Positions 39,071 through 50,000 of a stretch of 64,000 nucleotides of DNA are shown in pieces. Under the pieces are notes generated by a model. It worked only from the letters and a program-made list of their open reading frames with translations. It searched no databases and had not been told where the DNA came from. The stretch's first letter is position 1, and every line of letters starts with the position of its first letter. The translations under genes and the position numbers were made by a program. The stretch comes from Myxococcales bacterium (GTDB lineage: Bacteria; Myxococcota_A; Polyangia; Polyangiales; DASUME01), in contig JASGJH010000001.1 of NCBI GenBank assembly GCA_047601445.1, positions 864,001 to 928,000 of the forward strand, in the 5' to 3' direction.

Positions 39071-41698
39071 ATGGCGTACCGCGCGACAAACCGCCTGCCG
39101 ACCCTGATTGGGACCGGCCTTCTACTGGGCCTGCTGGGGACCGGCTGCGGCTCATCCACGGCCGATGAGCATGGCGACAACGACGTCGACGCCCTCCGAG
39201 GCTCCAACACCAAGGCGGCCCTGTTGCGGGCCCAGGATTGTGACGACCTGCTGAGCAAGCTGCAGGCGGACGCGATCATCAAGGTCAAGCTGGAGGCGGC
39301 GCGGGCCATCGCGCAGTTTGGTGAGTACGCACGTCATGGTGGTGGCTTCATTGCACCGGGGGAGGCAGTCGACGATGGTCTGAGCGGTTCGCTCCCCGAC
39401 AGTGACCTGGCCTCTCCGCAGAGCCCCTCGGCCGCGCCGCCCTCCGATGTCGGCAGCAATGCGGGCGCGCCCACTCCGAGTGGTGGCGCGGTCGGCGACA
39501 GCGCTGGCGAGGAAGCGAAGGGGCCGGATGGCGCCTCCGAGACCAACAATCAGGTCAAGGGCGTGGACGAGGCCGACTTCGTGAAGGTCGTGCGCATGGG
39601 CGAATCCATGTTCGTGCTCAACGGCAACACGCTGTACAAGCTCGACACGTGGCCCGCGGCCGATACGTCGCTGAGCTCGAGCAAGCTCCTGATCGAGGGC
39701 TCGCCCACCGAGATGTTCGTGACCGATGCGGGCAAGGCCGTCGTGTTCTCCACGGTGTACGGCTACGGGAACGGTGGTGGTGTGGACGGTGGCGTCAAGA
39801 ACCCCGCGACTGAAGCGAGCCCTCCGCCTAGCGTGGGGCTGGCGCAGGCCGACGTGGCGCTCTGCGCGCCGGTGCCTGTCGACGCGCCGGTAGGCGTCGG
39901 CGTGACGGACACTGCTCCCAATGCCACGTCTGCTCCCGACAGCGCGCGCGATGCCGGCGCCGCCAGCGCTGGCTCCGGCGGCGCCACGATGGCCTCTGGC
40001 GCCACCCCGAAGGCCGCTTACTATGGCGGCGGTTGCGGCGGGTACTACTTGCCCGTCACCAAGATCACGGTGGTCGACGTCTCGGGCAGCGACTTCCGGG
40101 CCGAGCGCGAGATCTATTACGAAGGCAACTACCTCTCCTCGCGCCGCTACGGAGATGTGGTGCGCGTGGTGCTGCAGGCCGAGGGCGCCTTCAACTTCAT
40201 CCAGGGCTTTCCCTACTACGACAACCAGGGGAACATGCTCTCGCGCTCGCAGTTCGAGCGCGCGGTCGCCAAGAGCGTGGCGGCGGCCGAGGCGCAGATC
40301 CGCAAGCAGACCCTCAAGGATTGGCTGCCCAGCGTGCAGGAGGCCAAGCTCGGCCAGCTCGAGACCATCGAGCCCACCTGCGAGAACTTCTTCGTACCCG
40401 TGCCCGGCTTGAGCGGCTACGGCCTCACTCACGTGCTCTCGCTCGATCTCACCAAGGGCGGTGACGTCGGCGGTGTGACGGTGATGGGCTCGGCGCAGAC
40501 CGTGTACTCGAACCTCGATACTCTCGTGCTCGCGCAGCCTGACTATCGCTGGGGCCCGGCGGTGGACTTCGGCTTCGTCGACGAGCAGCTGCTCAACGTG
40601 CACAAGTTCAGCATCAAGGGTGCCGACACCATCTACGACGCTTCGGGTTCGGTCTCCGGCGTGCTGCCCCCCAACAACGCACAGTTCGGCATCGACGTGA
40701 AGGGCGACGTGCTGCGGCTGGCTACCACGGGCCGCGTGCGCACCAACCCCGAGGCGGAGCCCGAGAGCCTGGACTTCTGGAACTTCGGCACCACCAACCA
40801 CGTATTCGCGCTCCAGCAAGCAGGTGGGCTGCTCAAGGTGGTGGGCAAGAGCGAAAACCTCGGCCACGAGGGCGAGAGCTTGCAGTCGGCGCGCTTCGTC
40901 GGGGATCGCGCTTATGTGGTGACCTTCCGCCAGACGGATCCGCTAGTCGTGCTGGACCTCAAGAACCCCGCGCAGCTCAGCGTGCTCGGGCAGATCGAGA
41001 TCCCCGGCTTCAGCCAGTACATGCACCCGCTCGATGACAATCACCTGATCACGTTCGGCACCAGCGGTACCTTCGGCTTCCAGCTGCAGCTGTTCGACGT
41101 GACCAACCCAGCGCAGGGCATCCCCGCGCCCAAGGTGCTCGACTACGGCTCGAGCAGCTCCTCGGAGGCGCAGTACAACCACAAGGCGCTCACCTTCTTC
41201 CCCGAGCAGAACCTGGTGGCGCTGCCGCTCTACAGCTACGGTGACGGCTACTCCTCGAACTTCAGCTCCACGCTGCAGCTGCTCAAGGTCGATGCGGTCA
41301 ACGGCTTCACCAAGGTGGGCGAGGTGGATCACAGCGCGCTCTATCAGGAGCAATCGGCGGATTGCGTGAAGTGCTACAACGGCTTCTGCCAGTACGTTTG
41401 CTACAACAACTACTCGCCCGAGGTACGCCGCGGTCACTTCGTGACCGGCGAAGGGTCCACCTTCGTGTACTCCTTCAGCTACGCAGGCGTGATCGTGAAC
41501 GACCTGTCGAACCTGACCGACAACCTGGCGGAGGTCCCGTTCCCCACGCCCGCTTGGGGCAGCGACTCCTGGTACGGCGGTGTCGGGGGTATCAATCCGG
41601 TGCCGCCCACCAACGTCGGTTCGGGTGGCGCGACGGACCCGGGAGCTCCCACCGCGGGCGCGGCCGTCGACGCGGGCGCAGCCCCCAGCAAGATCTGA
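39071..41698 (+). CDS. Beta-propeller domain (Beta_propel-like) lipoprotein
   Basis: Lipobox GTGC; SETNNQVKGVDEADFVK, LRLATT, SARFVGDRAYVVTFRQTDPL, IPGFSQYMHP, SEAQYNHKA. Confidence 0.9.
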   Translation: MAYRATNRLPTLIGTGLLLGLLGTGCGSSTADEHGDNDVDALRGSNTKAALLRAQDCDDLLSKLQADAIIKVKLEAARAIAQFGEYARHGGGFIAPGEAVDDGLSGSLPDSDLASPQSPSAAPPSDVGSNAGAPTPSGGAVGDSAGEEAKGPDGASETNNQVKGVDEADFVKVVRMGESMFVLNGNTLYKLDTWPAADTSLSSSKLLIEGSPTEMFVTDAGKAVVFSTVYGYGNGGGVDGGVKNPATEASPPPSVGLAQADVALCAPVPVDAPVGVGVTDTAPNATSAPDSARDAGAASAGSGGATMASGATPKAAYYGGGCGGYYLPVTKITVVDVSGSDFRAEREIYYEGNYLSSRRYGDVVRVVLQAEGAFNFIQGFPYYDNQGNMLSRSQFERAVAKSVAAAEAQIRKQTLKDWLPSVQEAKLGQLETIEPTCENFFVPVPGLSGYGLTHVLSLDLTKGGDVGGVTVMGSAQTVYSNLDTLVLAQPDYRWGPAVDFGFVDEQLLNVHKFSIKGADTIYDASGSVSGVLPPNNAQFGIDVKGDVLRLATTGRVRTNPEAEPESLDFWNFGTTNHVFALQQAGGLLKVVGKSENLGHEGESLQSARFVGDRAYVVTFRQTDPLVVLDLKNPAQLSVLGQIEIPGFSQYMHPLDDNHLITFGTSGTFGFQLQLFDVTNPAQGIPAPKVLDYGSSSSSEAQYNHKALTFFPEQNLVALPLYSYGDGYSSNFSSTLQLLKVDAVNGFTKVGEVDHSALYQEQSADCVKCYNGFCQYVCYNNYSPEVRRGHFVTGEGSTFVYSFSYAGVIVNDLSNLTDNLAEVPFPTPAWGSDSWYGGVGGINPVPPTNVGSGGATDPGAPTAGAAVDAGAAPSKI

Positions 41699-41722
41699 GC
41701 AGCGGGCGCTCCTAGGCGCCCA

Positions 41723-41780
41723 AGGCAACCAGCGAGGCCGGCGACCCGAGAGGGAAGCCGGCCTTCGTCTTTGGTTGCCT
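41723..41780 (+). terminator. Long hairpin, probable intrinsic terminator after the beta-propeller gene
   Basis: AGGCAACCA..TGGTTGCCT outer stem; AGGCCGGC/GCCGGCCT inner stem capped by CCC-GAGA-GGG; a T-rich stretch follows the inner stem. Confidence 0.55.
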
Positions 41781-41786
41781 CGGCGC

Positions 41787-42554
41787 GTGCCCGACGCCAG
41801 GCTCGCGGGCGTGTTGCGTCCCCTGTTCTGCGCGGTGGGCTTCCTAACTCGCCTCCCGGTGCCTCATACCGAGCTCGAGGAGCGCGATGTGGCGCGCAGC
41901 GCCGCCTATTTCGCCTGGGTGGGCCTTGCCCTGGGGGCCGCACTGTGGGGGCTGTCGCGCTTGTTCGGGAGCCTCGGAGGGCCGCTGGGTTCCCTCCTGC
42001 TGGTGGCGGCCTGGGCCTGGCTTACGGGCGGTCTGCACCTGGACGGCCTGGCCGATACCGTCGACGGCCTGAGCGGTGGCCGCGGCGACCGGGCGCGTAC
42101 CCTCGAGATCATGCGGGACAGCCGCATCGGGTCGCACGGGGCGGTGGCCCTGGTGTTGGGGCTGGGGATCAAGGCGGCGGCCCTGGTGCGGGCACGCGAG
42201 CTCGGGCTGGACGCCGTGTGGTGCGCGCCGGCGGTGGCACGCTTCGGCTGCACGCTGCTGTTGGCGAGCTTTCCCTATGCGCGCGCGCAGGGGCTCGGCA
42301 GCGCCTTCGCGGGACGGGTCGGGGCGCTCGAGGTGGGGGTCGGGGCGCTCGCGCTGGGGCTTCCCGTGGTGTTGCTGGGGCCGGCCAGCACGGGCTACGC
42401 GCTGGGGGCCTGCGCCGGGTTGGGATGCGCCTTGTTGCTCGCGTTCCGGGTGCGCCAACGGCTGGGGGGGCTCACCGGGGACGTCCATGGTGCCGCCATC
42501 GAGGTGTGCGAGATCGGCATGCTGATTGGGCTCTGTGCCTTCCCCTTGCGCTGA
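41787..42554 (+). CDS. cobS: Adenosylcobinamide-GDP ribazoletransferase (cobamide synthase)
   Basis: FLTRLP, TGGLHLDGLADTVDG, LEIMRDSRIGSHG, GGLTGDVHGA. Start estimated. Confidence 0.95.
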   Translation: MPDARLAGVLRPLFCAVGFLTRLPVPHTELEERDVARSAAYFAWVGLALGAALWGLSRLFGSLGGPLGSLLLVAAWAWLTGGLHLDGLADTVDGLSGGRGDRARTLEIMRDSRIGSHGAVALVLGLGIKAAALVRARELGLDAVWCAPAVARFGCTLLLASFPYARAQGLGSAFAGRVGALEVGVGALALGLPVVLLGPASTGYALGACAGLGCALLLAFRVRQRLGGLTGDVHGAAIEVCEIGMLIGLCAFPLR

Positions 42555-42585
42555 GGGAGGCCACGCCGTAGACGCGAGCCCGCCA

Positions 42586-43149
42586 ATGGCCAAGCAGGAG
42601 CTCGTGTTGATTGGAGGCGGCGTGCGCTCGGGCAAGAGCGCCTTCGCCCTTTCGCGTGCGCGGCGCTTCGGCGAGCGCCTGGTGTTCGTGGCCACCGCCG
42701 AGCCACTCGACGACGAGATGCGCGAGCGCGCTCAGCGACATCAGGCCGAGCGCGGCGAGGCATTCCGCACCGTCGAGTGCCCGCGTGCGCTGGTCGCGTG
42801 TCTACGCGAACTCGACAGCGCCCGCTCCGCCGACGGTGTGGTCATCGACTGCCTGACCCTGTGGATCTCGAACTTGATGGTGGACGGCCTGGCGAGCCAG
42901 GAGATCGACGGGCGCGTGGTGGAGCTGGCCGAGTGTCTGCGCGCTGCGAGCTTCGCGAGTGTCATCGTGAGCAATGAAGTGGGGCTCGGTATCGTACCCG
43001 ACAACGCCATGGCCCGTGCCTTCCGAGACATCACGGGGCGCGCTCACCAGACGCTCGCGCACGTGGCGAGCGAGCTCTACTTCGGCGTGATGGGACAGCT
43101 GCTGCGGCTCAAGCCAGCTCCCGTGGAGCTCGTGGGGGCTGGTTTCTGA
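42586..43149 (+). CDS. cobU: Bifunctional adenosylcobinamide kinase / cobinamide-phosphate guanylyltransferase
   Basis: GGVRSGKS, ATA..DDEM..R..RHQ, IDCLTLWISN, VSNEVGLGIVP. Confidence 0.96.
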   Translation: MAKQELVLIGGGVRSGKSAFALSRARRFGERLVFVATAEPLDDEMRERAQRHQAERGEAFRTVECPRALVACLRELDSARSADGVVIDCLTLWISNLMVDGLASQEIDGRVVELAECLRAASFASVIVSNEVGLGIVPDNAMARAFRDITGRAHQTLAHVASELYFGVMGQLLRLKPAPVELVGAGF

Positions 43150-44096
43150 TGCTCCTGCCGGGCGCGAGTGCGCTCGCCTTGGGCGTGGCCTTCCTGCTCG
43201 ATGCGAGCGTGGGGGAGCCCTGGACGCCGCTCCACCCTGTGGTCTGGATGGGCCGGATGATCGCGCCGCTCAAGCGCCTTGGGAGGCAGCCGATGCGCGC
43301 GCCGGCGACCGAGTGGATGATCGGCTGCGCCTACGCGCTTGCGGTGGTGGGCAGCTTCGCTGGCGGCAGTTGGCTGCTGCAGTCGTGGTTGAACGCTCGC
43401 CCGTGGCTCGCGCTCTCGTTCGAGGTCTACGTGCTGCTGGGTTGCTTCGCCCTCAAGGGATTGGTGGCGGCCGGGGACGGCGTGCGCCGTGCGCTGAACG
43501 GGGCCGATCTGGCCGCAGCGCGCTACGGGCTCGGTAGCCTGTGCAGCCGCGATGCCTCGGACCTCAGTGAACGCGAGCTCGCCGGGGCCGCTATCGAGTC
43601 GCTCACCGAGAACACCAGCGACAGCCTGGTGGCGCCGCTCTTCTATTACGTGCTCTTTGGCTTGCCCGGGGCGGTCTTGTACCGCGCCGCCAATACGCTG
43701 GATGCCATGGTGGGCTACCACGGTCGCTTCGAGTACCTCGGCAAGTTCGCGGCGCGCCTGGACGACGTGCTGAACCTGGTGCCGGCGCGCCTGACCGCCT
43801 GCGCGTTGGCCCTGGCGGGGCTGCTACTGCGCCTCGACGTGGGGCGTGGGCTGCGGGTGTGGCGACGCGATCGCGCTGCTACCGAGAGTCCCAACGCGGG
43901 GCATCCGATGGCCATGGGGGCCGGGCTGTTGGGGGTTCAGCTCGACAAGCGCGATGCCTACGTGCTCGGAGCGGGCCTGGCGGCGCCCGACGCGGCAGCT
44001 TTGGGGCAGGCTCAACGTCTGATACGTCTCACGGGCTGGATTGTCGCGCTGGCCAGCATCGGGCTGTTGCTCTGGAGAGGGAAGTATGGCGTCTGA
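43149..44096 (+). CDS. cbiB: Adenosylcobinamide-phosphate synthase
   Basis: GEP..HPVVWMG, ESLTENTSDSLVAPLFY, YRAANTLDAMVGY, AARLDDVLN..PARL, SPNAGHP. Confidence 0.96.
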   Translation: MLLPGASALALGVAFLLDASVGEPWTPLHPVVWMGRMIAPLKRLGRQPMRAPATEWMIGCAYALAVVGSFAGGSWLLQSWLNARPWLALSFEVYVLLGCFALKGLVAAGDGVRRALNGADLAAARYGLGSLCSRDASDLSERELAGAAIESLTENTSDSLVAPLFYYVLFGLPGAVLYRAANTLDAMVGYHGRFEYLGKFAARLDDVLNLVPARLTACALALAGLLLRLDVGRGLRVWRRDRAATESPNAGHPMAMGAGLLGVQLDKRDAYVLGAGLAAPDAAALGQAQRLIRLTGWIVALASIGLLLWRGKYGV

Positions 44097-45144
44097 GCCC
44101 GAAATCGCGGTGCACGGCGGGTTGGATCCCGAAGAGGCGCGTGCGCTCGGAGTGGCGCCGGAGAGCGTGCTCGACCTGAGCGTCAACCTCAACCCCTACG
44201 GTCCCTGCGCGCCCGTGCTCGAGGCGGCCCAGCGAGCGGTGCTCGCGCGTTACCCGGATCCATCAGGGCGGGCGGCATGTCTGGCCTGGGCGCGCAGCCT
44301 CGACGTGGCGCCCAACCGGCTGGCCGTGGGCCCGGGTGCCGCGGATCTCTTGTGGACCCTGGCGCGCGCGCTCGTGCGGGCGGGCGACCGCGTGGTGATC
44401 GCGGAGCCGACGTTCTCGGAGCTGAGGTTGGCCGCAGCGCAGGCCGCTGCACACGTGGAGCGCTTCCTTCCAGGCCCCGACGCCGGACATCGCATCGACC
44501 TCGGGGCACTCGCGCGCGCGGCCCGCGGTGCGCAGCTCGTGTACCTGTGCAGTCCCAACAACCCCACGGGGCAGGGCTTTGCCGTCGACGAGCTCGAAGG
44601 TCTGGCGCGCGCGCTGGGGGCCACCTGGTTGGTCCTCGACCAGTCCTTTCTGTCCCTCAGCGAACGGGCCCGCGATCTTCAGCGTCGCCTGCCCGACAAC
44701 GTGATCTGTGTACGCTCTCTCACCAAGGACTTCGCGTTGCCCGGCCTGCGCCTGGGGCTCTTGATCGGCGCCCCCGAGGTCGTGCAGCGCGTGGAGCAGG
44801 CGCGCCCGTCCTGGGCCACCAGCGCGCCCGCCCTGGCTGCCATCGAGGCCACCGCCGCGGCCCAGGACTTCGTGGCCCAGAGCTATCGCGCCCTGCGCGT
44901 GGAGCGAGATCGCATGGGACAGCTCCTGCGCCAGGCGGGGCTCGAGGTTTCCGCGTCCGAGTCGGTGTTCCAGCTGGTCAGCGTGGGCGCTGCCAAGCCC
45001 TTTCGCGAGCGGCTGTTGCGCCGTGGGGTGTTGGTTCGCGACTGCACGTCATTCGGCTTGCCCGCGCACGTCCGGGTGGCCGTGCGCAGCGCGGAGGACA
45101 CCGAGCGGCTGCGCCGCGCTCTGCAGGAGCTGGGCGCGTTGTAG
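44086..45144 (+). CDS. cobD: Threonine-phosphate decarboxylase-like PLP enzyme
   Basis: VHGG, DLSVNLNPYG, CSPNNPTG, RSLTKDFALPGLRLG, VRDCTSFG; cob operon context. Confidence 0.85.
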   Translation: MASEPEIAVHGGLDPEEARALGVAPESVLDLSVNLNPYGPCAPVLEAAQRAVLARYPDPSGRAACLAWARSLDVAPNRLAVGPGAADLLWTLARALVRAGDRVVIAEPTFSELRLAAAQAAAHVERFLPGPDAGHRIDLGALARAARGAQLVYLCSPNNPTGQGFAVDELEGLARALGATWLVLDQSFLSLSERARDLQRRLPDNVICVRSLTKDFALPGLRLGLLIGAPEVVQRVEQARPSWATSAPALAAIEATAAAQDFVAQSYRALRVERDRMGQLLRQAGLEVSASESVFQLVSVGAAKPFRERLLRRGVLVRDCTSFGLPAHVRVAVRSAEDTERLRRALQELGAL

Positions 45145-45186
45145 GACGCAGCTTGCCGGGTTAGCCACCGCTGATAGACAGCAGCG

Positions 45187-47028
45187 ATGGGTTTTCACAG
45201 TACGCGCGAGAGCGTGGAGGCGTTGGCGAAGGCGGGAGAGCTCGTGCGCATCGACGCCGAGATCGATCCGCACCTGGAGGCAGCTGAGATCCAGCGCCGG
45301 GTGTATCAAGCCGGAGGGCCCGCGATCCTCTTCAACCGCGTGAAGGGCTCGCGCTTCCCCATGGCCTCCAACTTGTTCGGCACGCTCAAGCGCGCCGAGC
45401 TTCTGTTCGCCGATGCGCTCGAGCCCGTGCGGCGCATCGTGGAGCTCAAGGTCGATCCGACCCGCGCTTTCCGCCAGCCCTTGCGCTACCTCGGCGTGCC
45501 CTTCACCGCGCTTCACACCCTGCCGCGCAAGGTCTCCTCGGGGCCCGTGCTGGCGCAAACCTGTCGCGTATCCGAGCTGCCCCAGCTCAAGAGCTGGCCC
45601 GATGACGGCGGCGCCTTCATCACTTTGCCGCAGGTGTACACGGAGGATCCGGATCAACCGAGCTTCATGCGGTCGAACCTGGGCATGTACCGCGTTCAAC
45701 TCGGCGGCAACCAATACGTGCCCGATCGCGAGGTGGGGCTGCATTACCAGATCCACCGTGGCATCGGGGTGCATCATCAGGCCGCTATTCGACGCGGTGA
45801 GAAGCTCCGCGTGAGCATCTTCGTGGGAGGCCCACCGGCCATGACCCTGGCCGCCGTGATGCCCCTGCCAGAGGGCCTCACCGAGCTCGCCTTCGCGGGT
45901 GCGCTGCAGCGACGTCGCGTGCGCATGGCCCACGTGGGCGCCGCGCGCGTGCACGTGGATGCCGACTTCTGCATCGTGGGTACGGTCGACCCGAGCGCGA
46001 CCAAGCCCGAAGGGCCCTTCGGGGATCACTTGGGCTACTACAGTCTCGCTCACGACTTCCCGGTGTTGCAGGTGGAGCAGGTGTATTGCCGCGCCGACGC
46101 CATCTGGCCGTTCACGGTGGTGGGGCGCCCGCCCCAGGAAGACACCGTGTTCGGCGAGTTGATCCACGAGCTCACAGGGCCCGTGATCCCCACCGTGTTG
46201 CCGGGCGTGCGCGCCGTGCATGCAGTCGACGCGAGTGGTGTGCATCCCCTGTTGCTCGCTGTCGGAAGCGAACGCTACGTGCCGTACCGCGCGCGCACGG
46301 AGCCCCAGGAGCTCCTCACGCAGGCCAATGCGATCCTGGGCCAGGGACAGATGTCGTTGGCGAAGGTGCTGATGATCGCCGCGGAGGGCGACACCCGAGG
46401 GCTCGACCTGCACGACATCCCGGGCTTCTTTCGGCACGTGCTCGAACGCGCGGATTTTCGCCGCGATTTGCACTTCCACACGCGCACCACCATCGACACG
46501 CTCGACTACTCGGGCCACGGCTTCAACCAGGGCTCCAAACTGGTACTGGCTGCGGTGGGGACCCCGGTGCGCCGCTTGAGCGAGCAGGTACCCGCCGACC
46601 TCGCGCTGCCGCACGGCTTCGGCGACGCGAAGCTATGCTTGCCCGGCGTGCTCGCGGTGCGTGGTCCGGCCTACGCGGACGGCGACGCGGGCCCCCAGGG
46701 AGCGCTGCGAAGGTTCTGTGGTGCGCTCGAACCTTCGTCGAGCACGCTCGAAGGCATCGCGTGGATCGTGCTGGTGGACGACGCGGACTTCACGGCTCGC
46801 AGCTTGAACAACTTCTTGTGGGTCACCTTCACGCGCATGAACCCGGCGGTGGACATCGACGGCGTGGGGGCCTTCAGCGAACACAAACACTGGGGCTGCC
46901 GCGGGCCGCTGGTCATCGACGCGCGCCGCAAGCTACAGCACGCGCCTCCGCTGATCGAAGATCCCGCCGTGACCAGGCGCGTCGACGAGCTCGCCAAGCG
47001 TGGCGGTCCGCTGCACGGCATCCTCTAG
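45187..47028 (+). CDS. UbiD-family (prFMN-dependent) decarboxylase
   Basis: GPAILF, NLFGT, WPDDGGAFITLP, NLGMYR, PEGPFGDHLGYYS, VVGRPPQED. Confidence 0.92.
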   Translation: MGFHSTRESVEALAKAGELVRIDAEIDPHLEAAEIQRRVYQAGGPAILFNRVKGSRFPMASNLFGTLKRAELLFADALEPVRRIVELKVDPTRAFRQPLRYLGVPFTALHTLPRKVSSGPVLAQTCRVSELPQLKSWPDDGGAFITLPQVYTEDPDQPSFMRSNLGMYRVQLGGNQYVPDREVGLHYQIHRGIGVHHQAAIRRGEKLRVSIFVGGPPAMTLAAVMPLPEGLTELAFAGALQRRRVRMAHVGAARVHVDADFCIVGTVDPSATKPEGPFGDHLGYYSLAHDFPVLQVEQVYCRADAIWPFTVVGRPPQEDTVFGELIHELTGPVIPTVLPGVRAVHAVDASGVHPLLLAVGSERYVPYRARTEPQELLTQANAILGQGQMSLAKVLMIAAEGDTRGLDLHDIPGFFRHVLERADFRRDLHFHTRTTIDTLDYSGHGFNQGSKLVLAAVGTPVRRLSEQVPADLALPHGFGDAKLCLPGVLAVRGPAYADGDAGPQGALRRFCGALEPSSSTLEGIAWIVLVDDADFTARSLNNFLWVTFTRMNPAVDIDGVGAFSEHKHWGCRGPLVIDARRKLQHAPPLIEDPAVTRRVDELAKRGGPLHGIL

Positions 47029-47040
47029 CCGACACGGCGC

Positions 47041-50000
47041 TCACGCTGGATCGTCCGCCCGCTTCTTCTCGGATTTGCGGCCGTTCTTCTTGCGCTTCTC
47101 GGGCTTGGTCTCCATCGGCGCCGCGCTCGCCAACGTGCCGCCGGCCTGGGCCACACTCACCGCGTAGACCGCAGGCTGCACGGGCTGGTAGAGCCGCAGA
47201 TCTTGATCGTAGGCCAAGGTGTCGAGGTCCGTGGGCTGTACGCCCTGGTCGCGCAGCGGCTGCTTCATCGGGCGATAGCCCACGCTCATGGGCACGTCGT
47301 CGCGTACGCGCACGAAGCGCGGGCGGGCGTTGGCATCCAGGCGACGCTCGACCTGGCGTGCGATCGCGAGCGGGTCCAGCAGATAGCCAGGCCGCACCAC
47401 GATGGTGGCCACGGGCATCTCGTGGTTCGACCCGGGCACAGGCAGTCCGTAGACCACCGCGTGCTTGATCTCGGGCAATTCGTAGAGCGTATCTTCCACG
47501 TGCAGGGTCGAGACGGGGCCCTTGTGAGTGCGGATCATGTCCGCGGCGCGATCCACGAACCAGTGGTTACCGCTGGGATCCACGCGCACGACGTCGCCCG
47601 TGATGAACCAGGCGTCGTGGGGCTCGAACGCGTCGCGCATGACGCGCGCCAAGGATTCCTTGGAGTCGAGGTAGCCATCGAAGCTGGCCATGGGGTGCGC
47701 CGAGTCGATGCGGGCGATGAGCATGCCGGGTTGGTCCGCGAAGCAGCGCACGAGCTTGCCCTCGGCGTCGCGCACGAAGCTGTTGGTGTCGAAGTCGTAG
47801 GCCACGAGCGCCACGTCCGCCGTACCTGGCAGCGGGCGACCGAGCGAGCCCACCGGTTGTCCCGACACGTTGGCGAGCACCGCGTTACCCTCGGTGGTGG
47901 CGTAGAACTCGAGCACGCCTGTGTCGAAGCGCTCCACCAGGCGCCGCCAGACGTCGGCTCGCATGCCGGAGCCGGCGAACAGGCGCACCGGGTTGTTGTC
48001 GTCGCTCGTGAGGCTAGGCGCATCGACCAGCGGGCGGCACATCTCGCCCGCGTAGTACACCACGCTGGCTCCGTAGCGGCGCACCTCGGTCCAGAAGGTC
48101 TCCGGCTCGAACCCCTGCGCGAGCGCCAGGCGAGCGCCGCCCACGAGGGCTCCGCCCACCGACACCAGGAGGCCCGCCGCGTGATCGAGCGGCATGCAGC
48201 AGTACACCGTGTCCTTCGGCGTGAGCGTGCTGGCTGCCGCGGCGCCGTAGGCCGCCACGGCCCAGCGACGGTTGGTGATGCGCGCGGCACGCGGACGCTC
48301 GTCCTTGCCGGCCGTGAAGATCACCATGGCCAGATCGCTCGCGCGACCGGGGTTGGGCTCGTACCACTCGGGCAGCTCCACCTGCTCCGGATCGATGGAC
48401 TCCATGTCGAGCACGCCCTCGACGTGCTTGCGACCTTCGCCTTGTGGGCCGCCGCCGCCCAGGCACAGGACCGGTCCCTGGAACGTAAAGCGTCCGCCTT
48501 CGGCGCGCTCCGGATCCGTAATCAAGATCTCGACCTGCCCGAGCTGCAGCGCGTGCTCGAGTGAGACGCGCTTGCCCTCGGGGCTGATCAGCACCGCCAC
48601 CGCGCCCAGACGGCTGATGGCCGTGACCAACGAGAGATAGCTCGGGCGCGCCTGCATCAACACACCGACGCGCGAACCGGGCTTCACGCCGCAGGCGATC
48701 AGGCCTCGCACGATGGCATTCACGCGGCGATCGGAGTCCGCGTAGCTGTGTGCGCGTCCCTTCCAGAGGAAGAACGTCTGCTCGCCCATGCGCTCGGCTT
48801 GCTCGGCCAGGGCGAGGCCTGCGCTGACGCGGCTGTCGGCGTCGATGCGTTCCAGGCGCGCCAGGCGCGGCACTTGGTAGCGCAGGTTGTCGAACATCGC
48901 GCCTAGGGTGCTCGAGATGTCGCCCACACGCCGGCGCACGAAACTAGCCGTGTCCTTGGCGGTGTCGAAGATCAGTCGTGCGTTGTACTCGACGTCCTCG
49001 AAGTTGGCCTCGATCACGTCTTCGAGTGCGTCCGGCTTGACCTCGACCTCGCCCGCCATGCGCATGTTCGTCGGGCGCAGCCCCTTGCCCTCGTGCCAGC
49101 GCATCCAGTCGATGACCGTGGGCCAGGTCTGTTTGAGCGCCATCGACCCCACCACGAGCCCGAAGTGGCCCGTGCGCAGCTTGACCTCGTAGCTCTCTGC
49201 GAGCGGAGCGGCTTCGCGGATCGAGCGCACCGAGGGCGCGCGCGCGAACTCGTCGCGTTCCCCGTAGAAGTACAAGATGGGACAGGTGATGTCGGCCAGT
49301 GTGAGGGTGCGCCCGTCGATCACGAAGCCGCCCTGGCTCATGCGGTTTTGCACCACGAACTGCTCGTAGAAATTGCGCAGCGCCGGCCCGGGCCACGCCA
49401 CGAAGCCCTCGCCGTGCAGGAACTTGCGGCTCGACTCGCCGCGCATCAGCGCCTCGCGGTCGTGCAGGTTGCCGATGAAGCTCAGCATGTGCTTGAGCTC
49501 CTTGCCCGCGCTCAGGATGCGGAAGCCGCGGCTGGAGAAGGTGCCGGGCAGGGCGTCCATGGCCGAGAGCCCGCTGCGTACCAGGCCGCTGAGCGAGTCG
49601 ATGACTCGGCTCGCGACTTCGCCGCCGAGCACGAGGTTCTGGTGCACGTCGACCGGGCTGCCGAAGGTGATCAGGCTCTTGATGCCCTGACTTCGACGGT
49701 AGGCCGCGGTCTGGTAACAGAACATGCCCCCTTGGCTGTAGCCGGCCAGGTGCACGTCGTTGCCCGTGGCGGCGCGCACGTGATCGATGGCGTGGCTCAC
49801 CGCCTGCACGTGGTCGTCGAGCGTGCGCTCGAGCCCGCCCTCCTCTTGCTCGGGGATGCCGAAGTCCACCATCCACACGTCGACACCGGCCTCGGCCAGC
49901 ATGGTCACCGTGCTGATCTCCGGATCGATGTCGTAGACTTCGGCTGTGACCATCAGGGGCGGCACCAGCAGGAGCGGGAGGTCCACCTCGGGGCTGACCT

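Noticed and set aside
39152..40867. Long antisense ORFs (also 45049-46614, 13669-15078, 2859-4223, 47203-48564)
   Set aside because: Shadow ORFs expected from high GC3 codon bias opposite well-supported genes; no family motifs.
41745..41770. AGGGAAGCCGG upstream of cobS as a cobalamin riboswitch
   Set aside because: Lacks the following GGTG..A.TCC, GC.ACTG and B12-box elements, and the gap is too short; better explained as a terminator-like hairpin.
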